This document shows positions 13,341-26,725 of a stretch of 64,000 nucleotides of DNA, one piece after another (the first letter of the stretch is position 1; each line of letters opens with the position of its first letter). The notes under the pieces were generated by a model. That model searched no databases, was not told the DNA's origin, and worked only from the letters and a program-made list of their open reading frames with translations. The DNA is taken from NCBI GenBank assembly GCA_965202585.1, contig OZ241827.1:21576001-21640000 (forward strand), read 5' to 3'. This DNA comes from Thalia democratica (lineage: Eukaryota). The position numbers and the translations under genes are program-made.

Positions 13341-14219
13341 CTTTTTCAATTAACTGAACTTATTTGAGTAATTTTTTTAAGTGAATAAAAAGAAAAGAAA
13401 AAAACTGTGATTATGAAATAAGACAAGGCTGTTAATTAAAAATGAGATTATTCTAAAGTAAATTTTCTTAGAATAAATTTAAACACTATGGTAATAATCG
13501 AAAATAATTTAAAGATGGAGTTTTTTTTCTTAACGACTTTAAAAGAAATAGTTTTATAGAGTTTTTATTTAGTTTTTGTTTTTACGATAAAAATATTTAT
13601 TTTATTTTTTTATTTGAACATTTGTTCAACAGAAACAATATGTACAGCAAAAAAATAAAACTTTGATCTATAACTGCTTAACACTAAAATGCAGTCAAAA
13701 TCAATCTAATAAAAGCGAGTGAATGATAAAGATTGACTATATATGTTATTGAGCAACATTTTAATTTACATAGCCTTTTTTCGTTTCTCAAATCTTCAAT
13801 GCATATTTTATTTTATTTACATTAGTATCAATGGTATTTAAACCAGTTGTATTTTTTAAAAGCTGAGCAAAAAAAATGTCGTTTTTTACTAAACGGAAAA
13901 GTATCAGGTAGAATAAGCTTTACTTTGAAATCAATAGCTTGTTTTTATTAAAAGCTTTCTTTACAAATTCAGTTCATAAAAAAGCTTACTTAGTACAATT
14001 ATAACCATTAACACTAACTTCAAATCAGTTGGAATTTAAAAATTTAATTATAAAAAAAATTATTTTTATCTAAAGTTGGTAAAGTCTTATATATTTGCAA
14101 ATAAAAGTTAGTTTATACAAATTAGTAGTTATCCTCAAGTAAGACCATATTAAAAAAGATAGTTTGTATTGCATAACTTTTAAGTTTTTGTTTTACTTAT
14201 TGACAAGAAATCTTATAAA

Positions 14220-14360
14220 AACGAGATAGTGATATCACCAGATAAACAGTTTACTTTTTTTTTGCATTCTCAATATTACTGCAGATAAACATTAATTGAG
14301 TCATGTTTGTTTTTTGCTTCTAGATATTCGTGAACGCAGTCAATACCGGTATTTCCGAAG
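14220..14360. promoter_or_regulatory. Candidate proximal element with GATA words and an AP-1-type TGAGTCA
   Basis: GATA at about 14225, 14231, 14241 and 14284; TGAGTCA at 14297-14303. Homologous site at 38371 and 23513, mutated at 42432. Confidence 0.35.
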
Positions 14361-14843
14361 TACTTTATTTAAACACAGAATTGTGAAAGCAGTTCTTTGG
14401 TATTAGTTCTAAATGTTTAAATTTTTGCTTGTTTTTCATATAACACTAAGACTTGTTTCTATTTAATAATCTATTGTTTTCTTACCTTAGAAGTTTGTTT
14501 AACTTATACTTTTAGTTACAATAAATATTTTGTTTGTAAATGGTAAAATGTATATTGATGGTTAGAAAACAAATGTTTCATTTTAAAACCTTTAAACACT
14601 TTTAATTATAAGTAAGTAGTGATGAATTTAGAGCTTATGCTTTAACCTTCATATTTTTAATTTGCACTAAAAATTTTTTTTTTGACCTTTTTATCTGCTT
14701 TATTTTAACGTTTTGCCTTAAGAAAATTTACCTGTCATATTTTTTTTTTTCAAGCATTTTAATCGTGTAGAAAATTTTTCGGTTTCTTTTATTTTAACTG
14801 AATAAACAATGAATTAACAAAATTCAGATTTAAAACTCACGCA

Positions 14844-17800
14844 ATGAACAAGTCAATGACCAATCACTACAATACAAGCAGCATGATTGACCCGAATTTT
14901 TACAAGCACATGCTTGAGTTCAATGAAAAGTACAAGTCGGCAATGTTCGCCAACCAGGTAATTTTGGTCTCAGACCTGCAGATTTTTAAAAGCTCGTTTT
15001 TGTTTTTTTGTAAATGTAAGTTAAGAAATTTTTTAACAACAGTTTTTTTACTAAACTTAGTTTTTGATGTTTGAAATTAACACTAATTTAAGTTTTAAAC
15101 TTTTCTTACTACATTAAAACAGTTAAACAAAATCACTTCAGTTATACTATAGTACTTGAGATACTTCAAGTTAATCTAACTAAAACAAAATGTGCAGGTT
15201 AAAAACATGTTACCAACCGGCGTGTTGGATACAAAAGAAACTCACACAAACGTCGCAACGAAAGCCAACAGCAACACAAACAACTTCAGCATAGAAGCCA
15301 TTTTGGGCATTAAGCCATCGGCGTTGAAAAGCAACTCTCCCCCAACTGAGACTGTGTACCAAAAAGATAGCGTAAAGGTAGCAAAAGAAACCAACAAAAC
15401 AAAACCCGTAGAAAAAGCGACGACTTTTCAAAACACGGGTAAAAGCTACTCGTATTTTCAGACAGAAGTAGAAAGAAGGCCAACGAATGCTTTTAATCCT
15501 GAGATCAGGAACCCGTCGAAGCTCAGGATGTCTGTGGATTCTCAGTCGTCTGATGCGAGCATCAAAAGTCACTCGAATAATAGCCAGCTGAGATCTCACA
15601 TAGATGTAGCGGCCGCGTTTCAGAACAAACTTTACAACCAGATCGCTTCCATGGAAGCTCACCGTAAGAGCTTGATGGACATGAATTTGAAAGGTTTGGC
15701 GGGAGAAAGAAATTTTCAGAAAATTTTCGGAAATTGTAAGTAAAGTTTTAACATTTTTAGCTTGTGTTACAGTTAAAACAATAATTTATACTATTAAAAA
15801 GTATTTTTTTTTAATCTTTTGACTTATACTATTAAAGTGGTTATGTTTTACAAAGAACAAAATGATATTTTGAAAAAAAAATCTTAATCATTAAATTCTA
15901 CTTAACAAATTGTAGACCCAGCGTTGCCGACTCAAAGTGATTTGCAGAAACGCTATTGGTCAATTTTAAACCAATCAAGCAACTGTCAGCTTCAAAACCA
16001 TTTACGAGCTTGGCAAAGTTTTACTTCGAAGTATCGTGAGTTGTGATGATTCAGTTAAAATACTTTTTTATAACTTACGATTTTTGTTATTTGAACACTT
16101 TGTACAGCATAAAATAGCTTTTAAAATATAAAATATATTTTTTTACAAAACTAAAGGGCGAAGTTTTGCTACAAAATATCGTGATTTGTGAAGATTCAGT
16201 TCAGATTTAAATACTTATGCAAAGTACTTGTTTATTTTAATCAACCACTTTAAGAAGTTAGAAAAATGTTTAAATAAAAAAAAGATATGTTAAGATTATA
16301 GGTATTTCATTTTTTTAGATAAAAAAATGCTTTGTTTTTATATTCGGATGGTACTGTAAAATTCCAGTATTTTTAAGTTAATAAAACCTTTCTAAAAATA
16401 AAAAGGCAAAAAAAACTTAAAAGATAAGGATTTAAAAACTTGTCAGCTATAAATCACTTTAGTGATTGACACCGGATGTTTTAAAAATTAACAATTAAAA
16501 GTTGTTTTAAAGTTTGTTAAGCTTACTCATTTTTAGTTTTTGTGTTTTCAATTTAATTAATAAATTGCAAGCGTTTAAAGGTTTAAAGAGTCTTTTTCTA
16601 AGACATATTAAAACAAATAAATAAATATTAAAAATGTGAAAAGCTAGCTACTTGCTTATTGTTAAAGAAATAGAATAATTAGTTTCTCAATTCATAACTG
16701 TTTTCATATGTAGATTAATTAATGAAGCCATAATTAAATTTGTTTAAAGTTTAGCTCTATCTGCTAAACCTGTTTTCATTTACAAAAATTCTTTATATTA
16801 TTTCACCAATTTTCCAAAATTAAACCAGATAATTTATAAGTTTATGTCATCATTATTTAAATCATTAAAATAATTTTGTATTTTTTGTATATATTCACTT
16901 CACAAATGTATAAAAAGTAATGTAAATGTCTACAGAGCCTCAACTCAAAAGTTTCGCTTCACCTCAGATCGTTCGACGAAATTCAAACCTACACCGGATG
17001 ACCTGTAAAATTTCCCCTCCCCCGTATCACCATGGTAACCGGTTGTCAGGACTGAGCAGTACGGAGGTATCCTCAACTTCGCAAGATTTGCCAAGATCGT
17101 CCAATAAGAAACGCAGAAAATGGAGCAGAACCGTTTTCAAGTAAAAAACGTTTAAATAATCATACAATTGTTCATAGAAAAAGAAGCATTGAGTATTTTC
17201 AACTTGTATATTTTTTCATAAGTTATTTTTAAAGTTAAAGTTTATAGGTGTAATCCGAAACCATCTGATATCGTATATATTTCGGGTAATTAGTTTAGGT
17301 TTTTATGTTTATTTTTATTTTAGCCAAGCTGTCATAAGATCTATTTAATTCTTAATTAGTTCATTCTTGTTTTAAAATATATTTTAATTGATCCCATGAT
17401 TTTTGTAATGAGATCAGATTTTTTGCGATTTTTCTTTAGATATTCAAAGTCAATTTCACTAACATAAGAGCCTACGCTTTGGTAAAATGAAACAAAGTAG
17501 AATAAGAAAATATTACTCTTTATGTACTGTAATTTTAATTAAACATAACAAATAAAATCAAGCCATGTAAGAAGCTTTTACTCAAGCTTCTGAGTACAAG
17601 TATTACAGCTTCTTGTTTTTATTTAAAAAAAAAACATACGCACGTTTTATAGTTTTAGTTGGTAGTTTCGAGTAAAACACTCATATAAACTGCAGCTGTA
17701 CAAGTTTTAAGAAAATAATTATGTATATACATTTTTTTATAAAATTTGTCCTTGGTAGTTATGAGTGTTTTTGTATTTTTAAACTGTTTGTTTAACTTAC

Positions 17801-19504
17801 GCAATGCTGTTTTAGAAATCAGCGTTCATATCAATCTGTATCATTTTTTGTGTTTAATTTTGTATTAACTGGTTACAAAAATAGAGCAGAAATAATAATA
17901 CATATAAATGTCTAGTTACTTTCAAAAATTTAAAAAAATTGATTAAGAAAACAGTTTTGTGAAATAATATTAAATTAAAACCGATTTTGAACAATTTAAA
18001 ACAGCGTATAAACACTTAAGGTAACTTAATATTTTAAAATATTGATATTTTGTTACATCTGTTACGGTGGTTTATTGAACAAAACTATAGTGTAGTATTA
18101 GTTTTAAAACTTTAATAAATATTATACAGAAATAAAAAACAAGGTTTTCACTAAAACTTAAGCAATCAAAATTAACATAACAGTTTTATGCATAATATTT
18201 GAAAAAATTACATTATACCATTTATCAGTTATAACTAATTTAAACTTAAAAGAGCTTAAAGTTATCAATGTTTTAAGAACTGCTGAAAAAACTTAAATAC
18301 GCCAAATTTTCATCATTAAACTTGGAATAAAACAATATCTAGTAATTTAACTCAATTAATGTCAATAATTGTCACTATTTATTTGCATTTAATCGGAATT
18401 TATTTTTTTATACTTAGCTTGAAGAAAAAACTTAAAGTTATAGGAAACCAATAAAAAGTTGTTGTCTGATTTGAAAACTTATTAAAACTATTTTAAACTG
18501 TTTTTGTATAAAGCAGAAACAAATTTAATGAAAAGCTTTTGAATAAAGTAAACATCGTTAAAAACAATAAAAGATAATTACAATGCCGTATAAAGTAAAC
18601 TAATATGCTTTGGAAAGTTAATAAACACCTTGATACAGATTTTTTTAATTACATCTTAATTTTTCTTTAATGACAATATTATGATGGCTACAAAGGTTTT
18701 TATTGATTTGTCTTTTAAAAAACAAGTCACAGCTTTTTATGTTATGCATTTTCTTTCAAGTATAAGTGGATTTTGATAGTTTTAAAGTTTTGCTTAGTTT
18801 TGTAGTAAAACTTTAGCATCCAGTTTAAAAGAAAAATATTTCAGCGTAACACAGCGGATAGAGTTAGAAAAGAGCTTCCAGTTACAAAAGTATGTTGCCA
18901 AGAGGGAAAGATTAGGACTTGCTGAGCATCTTGGTCTTACTGATGCGCAGGTTTTAATTTATTTCCATAAAATGTAATTTAAATACTCTTCTTAGTTAAT
19001 GGTTACTAGTAATAATATTGTATATTTATACACATATAGAAGTTTTTATACTGTAAATAAAATCACAACAAAAGAACATACGCAGTTTTTCCATAAACTA
19101 AGAGTCTATTTTATTGTTCTAAATCTTAAACTATTTTTTTTTGAAACGTTTTTATTTATTAAAAAGCTAATGTGGTAATTTGAAAAAAAAAGTTAGAACT
19201 TTACGGTAAAACAAAAAAAACTAATTCCCTGATAAGTATTAAATCAACATTAAAGTAAGTTAACTTTTGTAAAATTGTTTAAATTTGTCTACCGATCAAA
19301 CAGTTTTAAATGTGTTTATACAACTAATTAATATCTCAGGTGAGAATTTGGTTTCAGAACAGACGAATGAAGTGGCGTCAGGAGCAAAGAATAATTTTCA
19401 GACACTCAGGAAAACCGTCGGGAACCATAAGACCTGAAAGCAATCTACACCTGAGACCTGAATTAATTTCAAGTACGCGAAATAGAAACCATGTCTTGTT
19501 CTAA
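14844..19504 (+). CDS. Hlx: Hlx (H2.0-like) homeobox transcription factor, copy A, intact, 415 aa
   Basis: Exons 14844-14957, 15198-15735, 15916-16035, 16936-17140, 18845-18950, 19340-19504 total 1248 nt with consistent phases. Homeodomain [58 protein letters not shown] has Hlx-type WSRxVF, QKYVxK and LGLTDAQV. eh1 motif FSIEAILG at 15285-15308. Confidence 0.9.
18318..18469 (+). promoter_or_regulatory. Conserved intron-4 element of the Hlx copies
   Basis: Two TGTCA words, an ATTTGCAT octamer and ggaaaccaataaaa. Homologues at 33944-34095 (-), 30409-30542, 50805-50940 and weakly at about 7520-7660. Confidence 0.45.
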
Positions 19505-22500
19505 AAACAAAAAAAATCGTTTTTTTAATATATCGTTCTTGGGTTTTATTTCAACGGTGAGTATTTATTTATAAAACTTTTGAAAAGCAAACTTTAAAAA
19601 ATTAAACTAAATAGTAATTTAAACTATATAAAATTAATTAAATTTTTTCTAATATTTTAAAACAATTGCATAACTTCCCATAGTTTAAAATAATATTGTA
19701 TTTTATGTCTTTGTATATAAGTCATAGTCTAAAGATTTCTTAGTTATGTGCTTTAGTGTTATAATATATGAAATGAAAAAGTTTCATGTGTTAAATTTGT
19801 TCGTGTCAAGCTCTCTCACTTTAAACTTAAAAACTTTTTACTCAATGATTCTTTCCATGTAAATTTAAATCAGAGATGCTAAAGTGTTTTTCTTGTTTCC
19901 GAAAAGGTGCAGTTTATAATAGCACATCAAGCGTTTTGACTTTTGTTCTATTGTATTTAATTCTTATTATTAACCTTTTTACTCTAAAGTACTTATGAAC
20001 TACAAATAATTTTTTTAAATATAGTTTTGTGTCAAATCTGCTGCTATGTTATATTTTTTATATGTTTGTTAAACTGTAACTCGTCAATGTTTATTGTCTT
20101 AAAATTTTACATAAAGATTACTATATATTATTTAAACTTTTTAATAAACAAATTCATAGTTTTCTAAGTTATTATAAACTATAATATTTTATGGGTTTAA
20201 TTGAATTGTTCTTACTAATGTGACAAAAACAAGTATATTCAAGTTTAATTTTAATTTTTTTAATCCGTAATTTACTTATAATTTTTATGTGTGTATATTT
20301 TTTGATTAAATTTTCCTCGTAAACTATCTTGTGCAGAATACACATAAATTAACTCGAATACTTACAAGTGTAAGAACAAATAAATAAATAAATTTAAAAC
20401 ACACTAGTAAAACTTTTTATTAAATATACAAAACAAAGTATAAAAGTTTTAAAGATTTTTCACTAATTATAATACCTAAATTACCCAGAATTACGTTTAA
20501 ATAATTACTTCAAGTATCAATAGTTTTAACTATGCTTATTTGGTTTTGAACAATTTTAGTGTTCACCTCGTAAATAGGTTTCATTATTGCCGCATAAAAT
20601 AAAATTTTCTATAAGTTTTTACAAGTTGTAGGAGAAACAGATAAAATTAAAATTAAATTTTAGAAATATAAGGAAAAGGTTAGTAATTACAAGCTAGCAA
20701 CTTGTTGTTAGATCTTATCTTTAATATATAAGTACTTAAAACGTGATTTTAGCAATTTGTAAAAGAAGCATATGAAATAAACTGTATATGAGTAATAAAT
20801 CGAAGTTTTAAAACGTTTGGCGGCTTTAGCTACAAATTTTAACACGTTATTCAAATTTTTTGCTTATGAATGTCATAATGCATAAAAACTCATACCTGTA
20901 TGGCTTTCTTACTTCAAAACGAATATTTAAACCTAGAGTAGAGAATATAAAAATACGGTTTTGTTCTAAAAGCAAATAAATCATAATTGTTTAACGTAAT
21001 GAAAATTAAAAATATTGCATAAATTTAGTTTTAAAGTGTTTAATAACATTACTAAGCATTATGTTTAAATATATATTCTTATACTTACTTAAGTAAAAAA
21101 GGATTAGATAAGTTTATAAATACTTTAGTAGTTCATCTTATAGTTTTTGTACAAGTAAATACCAAATTTTATTGAAATCTGTTTTTTATTATCAATAAGA
21201 ATTTAGAATGTTTTTAGGTACGGTATTGTACAGCTAATGTTATGTATAATTTAGCAAATAAAAATAAAACAACTTTGTATAACTTTGTTAACTAAGTCTC
21301 GTTTATTATTGATGTTATTTAAAAGTTATTGGTTTTTATAAAACAAATACAACGATCAATAAAAAGGTTTAAATTTAAATGTGCACAGTCGTTTATTTCT
21401 TGTATTTAATTTACTGAAAATTAAAAGTTTAATACGCGTATAGAAATGGTTACAACGTATCCTAATATTTGAAAGCACTTTTAATTAATCATGTATAGAG
21501 ACTCGGAAGCTTTATGCAAACTTCTCTACTGATTTACTTAACAGTATTAGACTTCAATTAGTTATTACTGTTGTCACCAAAGCTATCTAGAAAATTAAGT
21601 TTTTTTTCTCAGACTTTATAGTTTACTAATTAAGACGATAGTATTGAAACTCGTATAAGTATTGATGTTTTTTAATTTAAAGTTGTAAAAAGAAAAAAAA
21701 AAGTTTAAGATAATTCATTAAGTTAGTAAGACAAAAAACTAAAAATATTTAAATACTATTAGTATTTAGGTTAAAATGAAATATTTTAAACAACAATTTT
21801 TACAAAAGTTACATAAGTATATCCTTTATGCGTTTATTACATAAGTTTAAAGAGAAGTACTTACAATTGTAAATCATCAACAGGAAATTAATTGCTTGAG
21901 AATTGTTTAAACACTGTTTTATACACTAATTATAATGGTCAAACATTTTATACACTTCTTAAAACTAAACAATTACAACTTATTACCGTCATCACAAGTT
22001 TCAGATAAATAAAAGTTAAACTAATGTTCTATACATAGTGAAACAAATAAATACGTTTTTTTTAACAAAGTTTTAACTAAAATTACTTAGAAATACACCC
22101 CTAAATTTAGTTAAATAGAAAAAAAAAACTGCTTAAAAGTTAAAAAGTTGTTCTAGAACATACAATTAGTTTTTCATATTTAAGACAATAAACTGCAACC
22201 ATACTTATTTTTGTCTTTTTTTAGTTTCACAGGGTTTTTATTTTGTCTCTTTGTTCACCTTTGTTTAAACACAGTATTTTTTGCCTAAAACTATGTATGA
22301 TTATTTTATTTTTTACAAGTATTATGTGCACTTAGTCTTATTTAGACTTTTTACTGTGTACAAGCCTTTTAGATCAGTTATGATATTAACTATTTTAAAA
22401 ATCATCAAACTTATTTTGATGTTTACACTTTATCTTAGTCATTTTAAAAGAATTAAAATGTCTATTTTTAAATAAAATAACTTTTATTTTGATTCCAATT

Positions 22501-23339
22501 AAGCGTTTTTGACTGATATTTAAGCTTTAAGGTGTATGGGACAAAATTTTTGTAAAATTTAAGTATTCCAAATACTACCGCATGATTATTTTTTCTTTGA
22601 ATCATATTGAATCATTACACTTCTTAAGCTTTTTTGTAGAAAAAAATTACACATTTACAGTACTTGCGACCTTAGAGTTAGCTGTTCAATAGGCTAAGTA
22701 GAGTTCACAAAAAACTAAATGTTAAACTGTTAAATTTGGCTTACAAGCAATAAAAAATACTGTGTATCAAAAGTTTATTAATTTTTAAATATTAATTTTT
22801 TTTTGTTATTCTATTTCGTATAACTAAATACTCTTGAGAGTTTTTTTTAATTTTGTTTCAATCAAAACGTGCAAAAAAAAAAGCAACAACGTTTATTATT
22901 TTTTTAACATTGGATTAAGTTTTATAATAATAGTTTATATGGTCTTACTAATTTAGTTTTAATATAATGCTGATGCAGAGTAAATAAGAGTAACAAGTTT
23001 TTTTTTGTTATTTATAAAACATGTTGGTTTCGAATGCAAAGTTATATTTACTAAAGCTTAAACTACGTAAATGACTAATATGTTATTTTAATATTTAATG
23101 AAACACAATTTTGAACTTTCACTATTTTTCGCAACTGCCGCATATCTTTGCACTTTTAACTTGTCTTTAGTTTGGAAATTTTAGTGGAAGATAACTGTTT
23201 TAAACCTCTTAGAAAGATAAGCTTATAAAAGTTTACACTTTAACAATGGCATTTCCGACAAAATTAAAGCTTTCTTGGTCATGCAAATCTTAATGTTTTA
23301 AGTTTATTAGATTTTTTAAATGACAATTAATTACAACTA

Positions 23340-23490
23340 ATTGTGATTGGAAGGGTTAATATAGTTTTTATAAACAGATTACCGAAACCAGATAGTTCGG
23401 GTCTGTTACGATTAAAAAAGAACTAAAACTCCGCAAATATTTCAAACTTTTTAATTTTTCCCTTGACCACAAAATGCCTGCCGACCCCTG
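23340..23490 (-). mobile_element. Solitary hAT-type transposon end
   Basis: Reverse complement reads caggggtcggcagg..., typical of hAT termini. It abuts atctagat (23491-23498), matching the NTCTAGAN hAT target preference. No partner end found; the left limit is approximate. Confidence 0.55.
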
Positions 23491-26400
23491 ATCTAGATGC
23501 AAAAAACAAACATGACTCAATTATTGTTTATTTAAATTTAAACTAAAACACTTATGTTTAAAGAAAAGCTGAAGACAAAAAATATTTATTGCTTATGTCA
23601 GGGAATAAAAAAGAAATTAGATGTATTAATCGTTTTTTTTTGTTAAAAAACTCGTAAACGATGTTTGTGACATAAAACAATTTTGTTCGGAGTTGCAAAA
23701 TATTATTCATATTATTGTATTAAAATATTTAAGTGATTTTAGATATTATTTTTTTTTAAATACTGAATATTAACAACATACAAATTTAATGACTATAAGT
23801 ATTATTGTATTAAAGTATAGTTCTACTTACTCGTTGCTCTCAATTACTACTTTATACCGAAAAGTTCTTTAATGAAGCTGTTGTTTTTTCTTCTTAAAAA
23901 ATTACAAGATTTAGCTTATTTCATTTAGAATATTATTAAAATAAAGAACCTACAAAAATAACCTTCGATTTAATGTCAATGATATTTTTTAAAATTTATA
24001 AAAAAATTCTGAAATAAAAACTTAATATGTTATAGGCTTGAAACAGTAGCTGTCGAATTTAAAACATTATTAATCTTGTTGACAAAATATATGCGCAAAT
24101 TGATTGAAAAATTGGAAAAACCAGATGTAAATAAAAAAGTCTAACATGATTATTACTGAATATTATTAAGTCGCGCGTTTAAATTTATTTTGACTGTGTT
24201 TTTATTGATTTAAACAGTATAATTTATCAAACCATAGAATAAGCTTTAACTTTTATACGTTATAGTTCAACCAAACTTAAAAATAACTTTCATATAGCTT
24301 GTTTATAAAACAATAAACAAGTATACATACTTTAAAAAAAAAAAGTTATTCAATTTTTATATGATAAATTAATTCAGTAGTTCAATTTCAATCAAAAAAG
24401 ATAAATTCAAAATTTTCAACTTTAATACTAAGTTAAATTTAATTTTTTTAAAGTTTTATTATATAACAGGCTCCTTAAGTACTAAAAATGACACTCAAAA
24501 TCAAAACTCAATCGTGATTTTGTCCGTGAAAATAATCTGTCATTTTAGTAAATCAAGAAAAGCAAATTTGTTTCCTTTAACAAGCAAGTAGCTAGATTAC
24601 AAACAAATGAAACTAGACACTTAGAAAACTACGGTGATTGATCAAAACTTAGTCAACCAAAAAAAATACAAACACAATTGAAAATTTTTTATGTAAAAGT
24701 TAGTCCATTAAAACTGTTGTTTAAAAAAATTAGCTCAACAATTTCGGTGGGCATTAAGTGTCATTTATAGATAGTAAACACAATCAACCATTTTTAGCCT
24801 TTATTCGATGCAAATTGAAACTCGATTTTTTTTGCATTGTCCTATTTTTTTTATTTTATCATCACTAATAGTTTTATACTTTGCTATGTCAATACGGATG
24901 TGTTTTTTATTTCAAATTTAGTACATACTCTTAATTACAAATACGATTGAAAAAAAACTATATTGTTATGCTAAAAAAAACAAATTTTAATTTTACTTTA
25001 ATATATTTTAAATTAAATAAGTTTATATATAGCTTACAAGTTTTATAAATGAATATATTGTTGATATATGTATTTTTGATGCATGCGTTTTTTTTTTTTA
25101 CTTTTTAGCATAGAAAAAAAGTTTACGAAATAAAAGAAGCAATTATTTTTTTTAGAAATAAATAAATTTTGAACAGTACGGATCAAACAAAACTATAAAA
25201 GTTAGAGTTGAAAACATCAAAGTTTTATTAGCTTAACAATTTTTAAACATTTATCTACGCAGCTAACTAAGTACCAAAACTTTTCTTAATTTTTTTATAC
25301 ATGTAAACAATATTTTATTTAAATTCTAAAAAGTAAAAAACTTACTTATAGTTTATGAAAAACTTCTACTTAACTAATAACTAAAAATAATAAAATTTTG
25401 AACAAGAAAGTAATAAAAACTATGCATTTAAAATTTATTGTCATCTAATATTGAATTATTTTTTGGAATACTGACATTTATTTTAAGTACTTTTAAACCT
25501 CTCATAGATGAAATCGTATAACTAAATGAATGTTACAGCAAAATTACTGTTAATTTTTGATAATTTATGACTATAAATAAATTTAAAAAATTAAAATCTA
25601 CAAGTTTGTACTAAAAAAAATATTAAAGTAGTTTGTTCGATTGTTCAAGTTTTTTTTAAACTTTAATGCATTTAACCGTCAGAAAAGATACTAAATATTC
25701 ATTAAAAAAATGTTTAATGTTATGTTTAAAACAATTATTCTTTAATACTTTGTCTATAGTCTAAAAAATAAGCAATCATTAAATTTAAAAATATCGGATT
25801 TAAGAAAGTTATAAGCTTTATCAAACTTTTTAGTTTATCATTTTTTCTAAAGAACATAAAAATAGTAGCAATTACTTTCAATATTTGTTGATGTGAAATA
25901 TTAACAAATAAAAATATAAAAGTTAAATAATCACAAGTGTAACAATTCAACGAAACACCAAATTAAAACTAAATAGTTTTTTTAATCCAAACATGCTATA
26001 AAAATGCAATAACTTAAGTTGTTAAGAGTGGTAATGACAGCTTACTAAGATTAATTGCTTTTAATCAACAAAGTCTGTTTGAAGTCATATGTTCTTTTTT
26101 GAAAGGCTTGTTTTTCTAAACTGTAGTTAGTTTTACATTTCCTTTTCATTACTTAAACTTTCGGGTTTATTCATTCAGAAAAAAGTAAAAATTTGAAACA
26201 CTTTTACTTAAATGCTGTCAACTCCTTCTATTCACGACAAACGATTGAAGCAAGTAACTTAAGTTTAGTAAACTTTTTATTGATCTATTTGATTCAAATG
26301 GGTGCAAACTCTAAAAAATTAATGCTTATAAAACTTTCAATTGAAAGTTTAAACGGTTTTCCGTGAATTTAGTATAAAGTCGTTTATTTGAATACAAGTT

Positions 26401-26584
26401 TGTCTCAATAATTTTTAAGCATGAATTGGTAACGGTTTTTATCAGAAGTTAAATCACTGAACTTAGTTGATACTAAATTCTTACTAACTGTTTATATAGC
26501 CTACTTAAAGTTTAAATATTTTTTTTTAGTAACTTTGTTTAAATTATACTCATTTTCTTTTCCCATGACCAATTTTATTTTATT

Positions 26585-26725
26585 AGTCTATAAATATTGA
26601 AATATGTAAAACTATTTATTAAAAATATATAAATATATAAAAGTCTATAAATATTGAAATATGTAAAACTATTTATTAAAAATATATAAATATATAAAAG
26701 TCTATAAATATTGAAATATGTAAAA
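26585..26725. repeat. 57-bp tandem repeat, about 2.5 copies
   Basis: agtctataaatattgaaatatgtaaaa... starts at 26585, 26642 and 26699. Not repeated in the paralogous block. Confidence 0.85.

Larger units (their letters stand above)
11126..19590 (+). repeat. Left arm (X) of a large inverted segmental duplication
   Basis: Aligns in reverse complement to about 32330-41862 across upstream DNA, exons and introns, with patchy identity. Confidence 0.9.

Noticed and set aside
15210-15662. 150-aa minus-strand ORF (and its twin 36789-37208)
   Set aside because: Antisense shadow of Hlx exon 2.
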